Of a DNA stretch of 64,000 nt, positions 13,738-26,025 are shown in pieces. How positions within the stretch are numbered: position 1 is the first letter of the stretch; every line of letters starts with the position of its first letter. The position numbers and the translations under genes are program-made. Origin of the DNA: Blepharisma stoltei ATCC 30299. Its lineage: Eukaryota > Protista > Ciliophora. The stretch spans positions 496,001-560,000 of the forward strand of contig CBFDEM010000063.1 of NCBI GenBank assembly GCA_965603825.1, written 5' to 3'. The notes under the pieces were generated by a model. It worked only from the letters and a program-made list of their open reading frames with translations. It was not told the origin of the DNA and did not search any database.

Positions 13738-14673
13738 ATGATAAGAGGATATTTTCCTATATCTGACCACATAAGCAACGCTAACCCTAGCTATATATTT
13801 GAATCGCTTATAGGAGAAGGCAGCTTTGGCTGCGTTTACAAAGCATATGACCCTACAAACAATCTAAGTGTTGCAATCAAACGGTCCTTAAAATCAGGCT
13901 GTATGGTTTCTAGAGAGTTTTCAATATTAAAAGAGACTGTAAACTGTCCAAATTGTGTAAAACTCCTCGATATTTTTTATTCGGTCACAGACGATAATAA
14001 ATTTATCCAACACCTCGTTTTCGAGTGTATGCCTAAAAACCTTGCACAATTTTTAGCAGAAAGATGGAGCCTTGACCCTTTAAACGACTTTGAAATCACT
14101 TCAATAATGAGGCAGCTTTTAAAAGGCTTAGAATATCTTCACAGTAAAAATATAATGCACAGGGACATAAAACCTCAAAATATTCTTATTGACGATAATG
14201 ACGAATTTTACAAGGTAAAATTATGTGACTTTGGAAGCGCAAAATTTGTGACTGGGAAAAACATGCCTTATGTAGTCAGCAGATATTATAGAGCCCCTGA
14301 GCTAATTCTTTTGAATACAGATTATGGCACTGAGATTGATATTTGGGCTGCTGGCTGCGTTTTTATTGAATTATTCACAGGCTGCCCGATTTTTCGAGGG
14401 GATACTGAAGCTGACCAATTTATAAAAATTGCAAATATTATTGGCCCTCCTACAGCGACTGACATGAAAAATCTTACAAAAAGTGTCCAGCTCAACACAA
14501 AAATGATACAAAGAATAATCAAAATAGGGAGAAAAATCCAATGAGTCCATTTATTTAAAAGAAGCCCAAAAGCTGAAGAAGCTTTTGATTTAGCTCAAAA
14601 AATGGTATGCTGGGACCCTACAAAGCGATTTACAGCTACACAGTGTTTAGAACATCCTTTTTTCTTAATTTAA
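13738..14673 (+). CDS. CMGC Ser/Thr kinase, GSK3/Shaggy-like
   Basis: GEGSFG, HRDIKPQN, KLCDFGSAK and YVVSRYYRAPEL motifs. Reading TGA at 14542 as Trp recovers subdomain XI (DPTKRFTATQCLEHPFF) and a TAA stop. Confidence 0.93.
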
Positions 14674-14689
14674 GGTAAAATATTAACAA

Positions 14690-17077
14690 CTAATTAGGTG
14701 TTTTTGATATTTTATGATTTGTAGAAGGCCTCGTGTTGTCTTTGCTAATTTCTCTGCTGTTTAAAGCTTTTTGGAATAAACCTCAAGGTTTGCTATAAAA
14801 TTTAAATTGTAGTGGCATGTCTATTAAATTATTTTTTCTGTTCCCTGCCTTTTTTTCAGCTGATTTTACACGCTTAATTTTTTTTTCTATATCTTGAACT
14901 TCATGTAGTATATTCCGAGGCGAAAATGTCGAAAAATTTTTTTTTATTATTTTTGAGCTGAATTTTTTTTCATTTTCGTCTGAGTTGTTGGATTTATTGA
15001 TTTTTTCTAAAATTGGGGCTGGCAAAATATTTCTCATTCTTTTCATGGCAACTTCTTGTTCAGTAAGCCTTGCATTTAGTTTTTCTTGGGATTTTTGGAT
15101 TTCTATTATTTTATAGATGCCTGGGGATTCAATTTCTGCGTCTTCTATAGGAAACAGCCTTGTGTTTTTTTCTTTTACTATGGTCGGAATTCTGGAAACT
15201 CTGCGGATTTGATAGTTTTCGTCTGATTTTATTGGCTCGATGTTATTTTCTTGGATTTTTGATAATAATTGTTCAAGTTCTTCTAGCTCGTTTACACGTC
15301 TTGCATTTAAAAGCAAAATTAAAGGAGAAATAACAGAGCATAGCCTCATTAATTGATGCTGATAAAGCATATGGCTAGTAGAAACTAGCTCATCGACTTC
15401 TAAAAATGCATGTAATGGCCCTTTCTCAGGCTGATTTTGTTTATCATTTAAATAATTTTCAAGGATTTTTGAGTTCGTAAAATACAAAATCATTGGCTGG
15501 TCTTTTAATAAATTTGCAAATAATATGCCATCTTCACTGTTTTTAAAGACTTTTATATATGAAGAAATTATTTCGGTTTTTTTCAGAGAAAGATAAGGGA
15601 GGACATTTTTTTTGAAATTTTCTATAGAAAAGCTTTCTTGGATTTGGTCGAAAAAATCAGTTCTGTATATTTTAGGTAAAACTGGGGTTTTTGTATGTGT
15701 GGATTCTCGCTTCTTTAAAAAGCCTTTTTGGAGCTCTTCTATTATAGATAAAGCGTCTGTGTATTCGCTTTCTCTATCAAGCCCTGATCTTGGGCATTTT
15801 TCTATTAGAATTTTCAATGAGTTTATTGAGATAATAGCAAGATTCATAATAGTCAAATATATTTTTAGTATCAGCTGCTCAGACTCTTCTGTATGGTCTA
15901 GCTTTGACGTCAAATTGTCTTCTAATGAAATTTTTACATGGTTAAAAGTATAAGGCAAATTTTTCTCAGTCATCCCAAAATCGTCATTATTTATTTTCAA
16001 AATTTGTAACTCCTTATCCAGCTCCTCATATCTTTTCTGCAATGCTAAAAAATCCAGCGTCAGCTGCTGAAATCTCAAGCTTAGCGATGTCTCTTGGTAT
16101 ATTAAAAATTTATACATATCAATAATCCCATTCAGTGCCTCTTCATCAAGTGTGTCATAACAGTCTCTATCATATCTTTCTAATACTTCGTTTATTATAC
16201 CCATTTGTTCTTGAAAACACTGATAAGCGTTTTCTATTCTCTCTTTTTCCTTTGATTCTTTTTCATGCCTTTTTAATTGTTTTTCAAGCTTGTCAATCAT
16301 TGTCGTGATTTCGCGTCTTCTTTCGGCTTGTTTTATAGCATTAGTACTGATACTTCCTACGATCGTGTCGATGTCTTCTTGGATGTGGTCATAACGCTTA
16401 CGCTGCTCTGTGTAGACTTGGATGTATTCTTCTTGACGCCGAGTCATTTCTTGCTTAAATAAAAGCGCTTCATTTTGGCCTAAAATGAGGTTGTTGATAG
16501 CGTTTTGTTTAGAAATCATTGAGGCTTCATGACTTTTGGTTACTCGTCTATGCATTTCACTGAGCTGCTGAATCCGCTCTTTTCATATTAAATTCCCTGC
16601 TTTTTCTTTGGAAAGGACGCTTTCGATTTTTAATTTTTCTTGTTCATTTTCTTCAATTTTTATCATATATCTGTCAATTTTTTCTAAAATATCTTCTCGT
16701 GACGGCGCAAAGGCACTTGACGCCACTGAGCCTCTTTCTGTAAAATATCCACTGCCACTAATAGCTTTAAACGTAGAAACATCACTGATGAAGGGATCAT
16801 ATAGCCTAGCCTCCATCACAAGTTTTTTCAAATTTCTTCTCTTTTCTTTATTTATTGATAGCAGCTTGTCAAGCTCCCTTTTAAGCTTGGCTTGCTCTTT
16901 ATTTGAATATAATGAACGGTGTCTTTTTGCTTCTTTTACATGATGGTCATATTCAATATCAAGGACTTCTTTGATTTCTCTGCGGAGTTCGCGGGTACGA
17001 TCAGTTAGTTGGCCTTCAATATTGAAGGCGTTTTTTGAGGTAACTTGAAAGTTTGGTAGTGAGGATTGTGTGTGCAT
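14690..17077 (-). CDS. large coiled-coil protein (~795 aa)
   Basis: ORFs 16583-17077 and 14783-16555 join in frame through TGA. A second TGA reads through to TAG at 14690. Confidence 0.8.
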
Positions 17078-17233
17078 TGATTATTAGAAAATAATTTTAA
17101 GCTCAATTTAAAGAAAAACTGATTTGGTATATGGTTATAAATATATATAAATTTAGGCTTTTATTTTATAGGAAATAGATTTTTATATATTTGTGTATAA
17201 AAAATAATAAGACTGATTTTTAAATTAAAGGAA

Positions 17234-20200
17234 TTATTTTTTAAGGCTGCTCGGCGAGTTTTTCTTTTGGAAAAGAGATGTGCTTATAGGTCTTTTTGCT
17301 TCAAGTACCCCTTCTTCTGCAATTTTGGGCAAAATCCCTACACTTCTTTCATAAGACAGTCCTAGATTGTCTGTATTTTCAATTTTTGGAATAAGCTGTA
17401 CAGTAGCTCTTATATCGTCATATGATTCTTCATCAATTATTTTGACAGCTTCTGGCTTCGTTTGTGGAGGTGGAGGTAGCTCTAATGGTGTTTTATCTCC
17501 GAAAAATTTCCATATAAAAATCCCATCTGGTCCTTGTGAGCTAGAAATCAAGTAGTTTCTATCAATACTCCAGCCAATATTTGATATATTAAAAGAATGC
17601 CCTATAAAAGCTTGACCTGATATAGAATTTGGCTTAGATGAATAATCCCAAATTTTCAAAATTCTGTCAGTTCCGCCGGTTACTAAATACTTGCTGTTAT
17701 TTGAGATAGAAAACGATAAAATCTCTGAGTTAGGGTGCAGTCCTTGGAGCTCTTTTATAGGAATTGCCTCAAAACCGTTAAGTCCATAATATCTGACCCT
17801 GAATTCCTGGGCTGAGTTTATAGCAATTATATCTTGGCCATTAGGTGAAAATACGATTTTATGGATAATGGCGCCAAGGGTATTTATTCTGAATTTTTGA
17901 GAAAAAGTTGAGCATTCCCAAATAAAAATGGTCGAGCCTTGCGTCCCTAAGACAGCGAAGTGCTTTGAATCGTGCGAAAAACACACATCAACATGGTCTC
18001 CTGGGATTTCAGGGAAAATTGATTTTACAGGCTGATATTTACGGCGGACGTCATATAAGCACACCATAGCGTCTTCGCTTGCCGAGAGAAGTAAATTTCC
18101 ATCCCCAGAATGAACAACTTTTATACATTTGCAGTCGTGCTGAAGAAATTCATCCCTTTCTCTTGTTGATTCTACCTCAAAAATCCTAACCATCCCACTT
18201 TCAAATCCACATGCAAAAAAATTTTCTTCTGGATGATAAGAAACACTCATCGGGACGTCTCCAGAAGATGTGAACTCATACTGCTCCTCAAAGGTTTCCA
18301 AGCTCCACACTCTAATTGTACAGTCAATGCTAGCTGTCACCAAAGTCCCATTACTAGGATGGATATCAAAATTGACTATCTGCGAAGTGTGGCCCCAAAT
18401 TAGCGTTTTTATCATATTATTGGACATATCAAGAACTCTTAGGGTGCTATTAGCAGTTCCACAAGCAATTTGTAAATTATCAGCGCTTATATCGACACCC
18501 ATAATAGTTGACTCATTGTTTACTTCAAAAGAATATTCAGAAAAGTCTAAAGGCCAGACACGTAAATAGCAGTCTTGGCTGCCTATACAGCAAAATTGTT
18601 CGCCAACTGTAATACTTTGGATTCCTGAGGCATGAAGTTGTAAGATCCCTTCAAGTTCTAAAGTAAAATAGTTAACTTGGAATAAAAGACCTTGGCTTGA
18701 GCCTACAAAAACACGCTTAGAATGCTCGGCGTCAGCTGGGCTGAAAATTTCAAATGATAAATCTAAAAATTCAGCACCTCGGGCATGCTGTTTTAGCACC
18801 ACTATAGTCCCTGTTAAATGGTCTTTATTGATTTTCCACTGACGAATATTTTCTTTTCCACAGGACATTAAAAGTGTAGAGTCTATAGGAGAAAATTTAA
18901 TGGTATTTATATGAAAATTTGACACATGCTTTGCTTTCATTTTGACTTCTTGATTTATAGCCTGTTTTCCTTTTATTTCTTGGTTTATATTCGAAATATC
19001 ATAAACTGTAACAATATCTCTCTTTAAATTATCCACGCTCGCAATTACTAAATTGTTGCTATCAAAACTTATATCAACTGCAGTCACTGAAAGGGTTTTT
19101 TGCAAGGCAATTTGTGTAGGTGCCCTACGTGTTTTAATTTCCCACACTAAAACCAGTGGATTTGCACCTTCTTGGCCAGTAGCCACCAATGTCCCATCAG
19201 TGCTTACAGCTAAGCACGAAATAGGCGCTGTATGGCCAAAGAAAAATTGTTGTTTTCTCGTTATAGGGTTCATAAATATCAAAGTACAGCCTGATGGATA
19301 AATTAAAAATTTATTATGGGAATTTTGAATAAATTCTGGAGGGTAGCATGAAAAATTACTTTTTGGCCGCGACCATTTTACAGTGTTCGGCTTGTTTCCT
19401 GAAAAGCCTATAATATAAGATAGAGACATAATAGGGTCTGGATGCATTACACCTTTAGGTTTTGGCTCTTCACGCCTTGCTGGGGTTTCGTATTTATTTG
19501 GGGTTTTGGTTAAATTGAATGATAAGTCTTCTTTGCTGACTTCTAGGGATTCTCGCTCTTTTGAAGGGCTTCGACGCTGGTATTCGCTTGTTGGGATCAT
19601 GTCTTTGCTGATGTTAAAAGAGTCAAGCGATTTTTCATATTTTTGGCGGAGGGAGCTGTCTGGGGCTTTGATTTCTTCTTTAGGCTTGAATTCAGAGTAT
19701 TCGTGGAATTGGACGTTGAATTTTTTAGGCTTTTCGTCAGTTTTAACTACTTTTTGATCAAATTTTAAGGTTACTTCTTCATATTTATGAGGGATTTCTT
19801 CCTGTTTTTTTTTGCCTTCATCTACAACTTTTTTCTCAATAATTTCCGCCTGTTTTTGTTTAATTTCTTCGCTTTTCTCTGACTTTTCGGTCTCAATATA
19901 CTCAATTTCCATAAATTCTGTTTCTTGCTCAGTAATTTCGAACTCTATATTTTCCCTCTCGTTTTCATTAGGAAATTCTACCCAGTCATAAAGCTCATTT
20001 CATGCTTTATTTCTATCTGTCTTAAAGGACATATCTCTAGGCAAATTATTTTGGGTATATAAAATATCTGATGTAAAGACTCCTCGGATTATCATTGATG
20101 AGCATAAGTTGAAAGATTTTAATGTGAATTTTCTATATAAATTGCCAAAATGCTGCCATAGTAAAGCCTTGATATCAAGTAGAATGATGGTTCATTTATC

Positions 20201-20596
20201 TGATAAATGACAGGCAAGCTGAAGGCCGGAGCTTATTATTTTGCTTTCTTTGAATAAATTACTTAGTGAAATCCTCAGAATTTCTTTTGTACCTGTGTTT
20301 TTATTTTCCAAAACAAATTCAAAATGCATTGAGTACAATTTATCCTTTGGAATCTGGACCTCTACATAACAAAACCTCCCAGTCAGGCTCAATGACTTCA
20401 GTTGTGACTTTGGTCTAGGAATTTGAATATAGTTGGCGGCCGAAATGGCCCCTGAAATTCTAAACGTTTTCTTTCCTATTGCTTTGTCCACAACTTCTAA
20501 AACTTCTCCTTCTTTTTTAGCAACTCTTCATTCATTAATGTTGATAAACTTAAAGACATCAACAAATGGATGCTGCCACATATCATCTGATTTCAT
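17234..20596 (-). CDS. WDR90: WDR90/POC16-like centriolar protein (CFAP20-like domain + WD40), ~1120 aa
   Basis: N-terminus MWQHPFVDVFK..NEW(TGA)RVAKKEGEV..DKAIGKKTFRISGAISAANYIQIP matches the WDR90 N-terminus as I recall it. The frame is continuous through three TGA codons into WD40 repeats. Confidence 0.85.
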
Positions 20597-20621
20597 ATTT
20601 ATTAATTCTTATTCAAATTAT

Positions 20622-21308
20622 TTATTGTTCTTCAATCGACATCTCTGACTTATTGGAGCTCACTGGCATGAATTTTATCCCATTTCCAAAGGTTTGTGAA
20701 GCTTCTTGCTGGTTTGTATTAGGCAGCATCGCGCGTTTGACCCTCATTTCTGTGTTTGGCTGGTTTTCTTCGACTTCGCTTACGTCGTTTAAATCTATTA
20801 TGCTTATTTCAGTGTTTTTGGTACTTTTTACATATTTGATGACCCTAATATAAGTTACTAAATACCTCAAGCTTAATATAGTCATTGAAATAATTTGTAA
20901 ACTGTAGCCTACTTTATCATGAAGAGATGAGCTCACAAGAGCAATTATCCAGCTTGTAAAAGATAGAAATGAGTCTATTATATTGACTTTTTCTTGGAAA
21001 AATAAAGTCGATCCCAGCATAAGCACTCTATACAAAATTTCAAGGACTACTAAAACTAATAAAGACGCTTGAATACCTATAAACCAGCCATCTATTTCTT
21101 GTTCAGCTCAGTTAATTGACGTATATACAATGCAAAACGCGGCAAGAACCGCAAGGATGACATAAATATATTTAAATCACTGTGAATAATAAATCCTTGT
21201 CATCCTAACTTTGCATTCGTTATGCTCTGTTCTCAATAAATGGTTAGTTGATATAATTTCTATTGGTGAAAACAGTCCTTTGAAGTTCTTTTTGCTTTCT
21301 CCTTTCAT
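20622..21308 (-). CDS. stand-alone four-helix voltage-sensor-like (ion transport S1-S4) protein, 228 aa
   Basis: With two TGA=Trp: YSQWFKYIYVILAV (S1), WF...LEILYRVLMLG (S2), FF..KVNIID (S3), LRYLVTYIRVIK (S4). No pore domain. Confidence 0.72.
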
Positions 21309-21372
21309 ACGATTTTTTTTGAATTTTTATAATTAAATGAAAAATCAGATTTTATTTTTCCTTCTTATTATC

Positions 21373-22470
21373 TTAATACCCTAAGCCTAAAACCAAGAAA
21401 ATCCCTACTATCAGTCCATTTGCATCACTTCCTTTATCATATTCTTTTTTCGCCTCCCAATAAGCTGGAAAATAAGTCTGAACCACGCAGTCTTCAGCTT
21501 CATGAATTACTGAATAAATGAACACATAATTATCATAATACATCAGCTCGTCAATTTTCTTTTTTTCCCACCAAGTGTCCATACAGTTTTCGCTGAACCT
21601 TGCATATGTATTGCATTTCAAAATCCCTTTGCTTTTAGTCCAGGATTTTATTATGTCAGAATATTTGACATATGGGGAATCCCCAGGGAAAATGTCACAT
21701 ACGCCGCCACCGGCTTTGGTGTAGCTGCATAAGCAATCTGTATTAAAGCTTTTATTAAGTTTTCCAATTGTTTTTGAGACACAGTCAGTATCTGCGGTGC
21801 AAGAGGTTGGGATTTTTTTGCTTGATTTAGGGGCTGTGTAGCATTGTGGGGTATCTCCTTTGTTTAACTCAATGCAGAACCCGGATTTGCATAAATAGTT
21901 AACGTCACCTGCTGTGGTACAGTTAAGGTTGACAGGGTCTTCGTTGCTGATTGAAAAATAAGTTTTGCAGGTATTAACTGTAGGGTCTATAGAGCTCACT
22001 ATATCACAGCCTGCATTGTTGACACAATCAGAGTCTTCAATGCAGCCTTTTTCTCCTGCAGGGATTTGAGCTATACAGGTATCTTGATGACATCTTAAGC
22101 CGACGTCACAGTCTGTATGGTTCAAGCAGGAATGGTTTTCTAGATGTCCTTTGCAATACCCATTTACACAGGTGTTATTTAAATAGCAGTCTTCATCGTA
22201 AAAGCAAGATTCGCCTGCTAATTTGGCATGAGGTGGAGAAGGAAGTGGCCTTGTACAGTTCGCTGATTTTTCAGCCAACATAGCTGGGCAATAATACCCA
22301 TAATTGCAAGGGTTGACATAATAAATGCCATTTGTTTCGTCATAGCTCATGCAGGTGCTAGGATCAGGGAAAGGATAATCTTTTGCCTTGCATTGGTATT
22401 TAGGACAAGTTAAGGCTTCAATTGAAGGAAAGATCGCAAGCAAAAGAAAGATGACGATCATATTTGCCAT
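21373..22470 (-). CDS. Cys-rich secreted, probably GPI-anchored surface protein
   Basis: Signal peptide, repeated C..D.DC motifs, and a hydrophobic C-terminal tail after small residues (GSDANG). Confidence 0.85.
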   Translation of the reverse strand: MANMIVIFLLLAIFPSIEALTCPKYQCKAKDYPFPDPSTCMSYDETNGIYYVNPCNYGYYCPAMLAEKSANCTRPLPSPPHAKLAGESCFYDEDCYLNNTCVNGYCKGHLENHSCLNHTDCDVGLRCHQDTCIAQIPAGEKGCIEDSDCVNNAGCDIVSSIDPTVNTCKTYFSISNEDPVNLNCTTAGDVNYLCKSGFCIELNKGDTPQCYTAPKSSKKIPTSCTADTDCVSKTIGKLNKSFNTDCLCSYTKAGGGVCDIFPGDSPYVKYSDIIKSWTKSKGILKCNTYARFSENCMDTWWEKKKIDELMYYDNYVFIYSVIHEAEDCVVQTYFPAYWEAKKEYDKGSDANGLIVGIFLVLGLGY

Positions 22471-22889
22471 TATAAGCCGTCATTTTATAGAGAATGAGAT
22501 GCAATTATAGCATTTAATTGATAAAAAGTGTATTTATAATTCTGAAGAATTTTTAATTAATAGAACAATTTTAGTTATAATTTTTATAAAATTCTTCAAA
22601 AATTGAGAGTATATTTTATTTAAAAATATGGATTTCTGAATTTAAATAATCATGAAGCATAAACTTAGTGAGAATTTATGATTTATATTTACATATAATT
22701 CTTAAATTATTTTAAGCAATATTAATATACTCTTTATGAGAATCATTAACAATTCATAAATACTTATATTTTATAAACATTCTTCAATTTAAAAATCAAA
22801 ATAATTCTCATAACATCTTTTCAATTTCTGTGTCAGATAACAAAATGTCCATTTTTCATGAATAATGGCCAATAATTTATAAACATAAA

Positions 22890-23336
22890 ATGGCTCAGCA
22901 ATTACGTCGCGGAAGCTTAATCGTAAGACCAATCAGCGCAAAGCTCATCAAAGACACCGCTACAGGGACTATGGACCCATACGTAGTGATTAAAGTCGGG
23001 GCTCACGAACAGAAAACAAACTATTGTCGGAACGGCGGCAAGACCCCTAACTGGGATGAGCAGCTAAATTTCATTGTTTCTGGCGAAGACCAAATCAATA
23101 TTTCTGTGTGGGATAAAAGAACTCTAGCAAAAGATAAAGAAATTGGAGAAACAACGGTCCCATTGCAGACTGTTATTGCTGCCAAGCATTTTGAAGATTG
23201 GGTGGATTTGCTTCATAAAGGAAGAAACGTGGGACAAGTCAGGCTCCATCTGGTGTTTAATGAAGAATTCCAAGCTGGACAGCAAGTTGTGGGGCAGCAA
23301 GGTGTGGGTCAACAGCTCCCTCAATCAGGATTTTAA
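22890..23336 (+). CDS. C2-domain protein
   Basis: MDPYVVIKVG, GGKTPNWDE and WDK...DKEIGE motifs. Confidence 0.9.
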   Translation: MAQQLRRGSLIVRPISAKLIKDTATGTMDPYVVIKVGAHEQKTNYCRNGGKTPNWDEQLNFIVSGEDQINISVWDKRTLAKDKEIGETTVPLQTVIAAKHFEDWVDLLHKGRNVGQVRLHLVFNEEFQAGQQVVGQQGVGQQLPQSGF

Positions 23337-23369
23337 GCTAATTAATTTTTAAAAAACAGAGCGTTCTGA

Positions 23370-23815
23370 AAATTAATTGTTCGGCCTGGTCTGCGAAATT
23401 GGCTGGGGATATGTCAATAGTTTCTATAGATCCTTATGCTGTGGCTAAATGTGGCTCACAAGAGCAGAAAACGAGATATTGTAAAGATTGAGGGAAAAGT
23501 CCAAGGTGGGGTAAAGAATTAATTTTTTACAGTGACGCCAGAAAACGCAATTTATAGGAATTTTGATAGGCTATTGCGAGGGTAATTATGATAATTAGAT
23601 ATTTTTGATAAATAAATGGCATAGTAAAAGATAAAAGAGACAAATTTATTTGTATTTATACATGTAACAGTGTTGGGCAAAATTCTTTTAACTATTGATA
23701 AAGAAATTGCGATTTTTGAAACAATAACTTCTGTAAGTAGTAAATAAGGCATTACTATTGGCATTTTCCATAAAGGATTATAAACTGGACATATGATGAT
23801 TAGTTTTATTTTTCA
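23370..23815 (+). pseudogene. degenerate tandem copy of the C2-domain gene
   Basis: LIVRP.., SIDPYAVAKCGSQEQKTRYCKDWGKSPRWGKEL, DKEI and FHKG align to the upstream gene. It has frameshifts, TAA stops and a ~100-bp insertion. Confidence 0.75.
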
Positions 23816-24860
23816 CTCTTGAGTCTATAGGTGGGCTATACTTATGAAGCAAATCTAAAAATATCTCTGACTATTATTTTATGGCTAATGCCTAATTCTT
23901 TGAACCAAACTCTTTTATGCCAAGCACTTTTCTTGACAGCTTTCTTCAAAAATTCAATTATTCTCCTGAAATTCTTCGATTTTTAAATCCCATCTTAAGT
24001 TCATATTTTTTCCACAAACCTTCGCTCCAATAATCTTTGAATCTACGACTATATCCTACTTTCTACTTCTCTTTCTTCAATCTTTATTCTTCTTTGTAAA
24101 TTCAATTCTATCTATTCCTCCAGATTATGCATATCTCTTTTCCTGTTCATAGATTTCTAATGCCTGAATCCTGCCACTCTTACTTTTCCATCTGCAATAT
24201 TTCCTCTATTGCATCTCTATGCCAATATGCTCCATTATTTTTAGTTCCCACTTCATCATACCTCCATTTGCTTTCAGGCCTATGTTCTTGAGGGCAATCA
24301 TATATCGCATGATTTTTCCATGTGAAGATAAGCTCAAATAAAATTTAAATGGAAAATGGAATTAAGCTTCAAAGGAAAAGATTATTAATAACTTAATTTA
24401 TGAGACCAGAAAAAATTATAGCTTGCAGCATAATTACTACAATTTTCAGATGCCATGATATATAAGTCATCTACATAAACCAAGATGTAATTTTGTAATT
24501 TTAGTCACTTTAAGGGGATTTTTTATTGAGAATACAATTATTTCAAAAATAAGTTGTAGGTTATATAGTTTAAATAATCAGATAATCTGAAACTAACATG
24601 AAGCCAACATCAGAACACAAACAACGCCAAATAATGGTAAAAAATGGCTATAGGCCAGAAAAAACTCCTTTTATCAGAATTTCACTATATCTCTCTATTC
24701 TTCTCCCTCCCAGATCTCTTATCTTCTATTTCTTTTTGTCTCCATTATCTCTCCTCTTTCCTTTTTCTCACCTGCTTCTCTATGCCATCTTACGTCACTC
24801 TCAATATTTCTTAAAATCAATTGACTCCTATGCGTTTTTAACTTCAATAAATAATAGAAG

Positions 24861-25682
24861 ATGTCTAGAAAGTATAATCAAGCATATGAAAACAATATTG
24901 ATTCCTTAAACTTTCTTCTATCCAGAGAGCGTGAAAAGCCACCCCTCGGTGACTTTCTCTCAGGCAACGACATACAAGCCTCCATGCGTGACAAGCTTGT
25001 CCAATGGATGTTCAAGCTGTCCCAAGACCTATCTCTTCAGCTCGAAACGACCCAATTTGCTATATCTTTGATGGATTTATTTCTTTCTAAGGTAAAAACT
25101 GCAAAAAGTGTAATCCAGCTGCTTGGGGTGGTCTGTTTAATGATTTCCACAAAATTTAATGAAAATAGGCTATTCACATTGCAAGACGCGTTATTCCATA
25201 CTGGAAAGCAATATAAAATTAATGAAGTACAGTTGACAGAAGTCTTTATTTTACACAAACTTGAATGGAGACTTAATATAACGACAGCCTCGGAGCTGGT
25301 GAGGAGGCTTTTTATACTTACAGGGCTTGAAAATGATTTTTCAAGAATTTATGAAAGAATTGACGCTTTTACGTGTGTCTGCTATGGGAATTATGAGCTT
25401 TCGCAGTACCGTGTGCTAGAAATTGCTATTGCAAGCTCAATATGTACCCTTGAGCAGTTTAATCAGATTAATTTTAGAAATCAGTGGGTGCAGCTGTTAT
25501 TTAATCAGGGTATTTTAGATGTGGGGAGCGTTGATTTGTGTAAGAGGACGCTACTGAGGGTGCTTTATTCACAGACATCACCTTATGATGCACATAAGCT
25601 TAGTCCGATTACGCTGGATAGCATCGAAACTTATATAAGGAGAAATAATGATGAAAAATCTCGTTTAATTAACAATGCATAA
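24861..25682 (+). CDS. cyclin
   Basis: Cyclin box: MRDKLVQWM, LETTQFAISLMDLFL, QLLGVVCLMISTKFNE, E..ILHKLEWRL. Confidence 0.93.
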   Translation: MSRKYNQAYENNIDSLNFLLSREREKPPLGDFLSGNDIQASMRDKLVQWMFKLSQDLSLQLETTQFAISLMDLFLSKVKTAKSVIQLLGVVCLMISTKFNENRLFTLQDALFHTGKQYKINEVQLTEVFILHKLEWRLNITTASELVRRLFILTGLENDFSRIYERIDAFTCVCYGNYELSQYRVLEIAIASSICTLEQFNQINFRNQWVQLLFNQGILDVGSVDLCKRTLLRVLYSQTSPYDAHKLSPITLDSIETYIRRNNDEKSRLINNA

Positions 25683-26025
25683 TTAGTTAACGCGTTTTAT
25701 ATGATTTAGATAAAACTGCAAAAATTATTCAGGATTTATAAAAACCAAATGGTAAAATTTAAAATCATAAATCCTCCTGAAAAACTTGGAGATTTCAAAA
25801 CAATTAATTTAATTATCAATATTAAGGCTGAGAAAAAATATACTATATCATTTTTATGTCAAATTTTTCCAAAACTTAAAATATTTCAAATATCTATTTA
25901 AGATTTCCTTTAACAAAATCCACATATTTCTTCCGAATTATGCTTTCCCTTATCACCTATCCCAATACTTGCCATATCAGAATAATGCCATCATGCTTAC
26001 GTAATTAGATAAAAAAATCAAAAAT

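Noticed and set aside
23880-24330. Purine-rich minus-strand stretch resembling coding sequence
   Set aside because: The frames I translated hit TAA/TAG stops and show no recognisable homology. Possibly a decayed gene, but unsupported.
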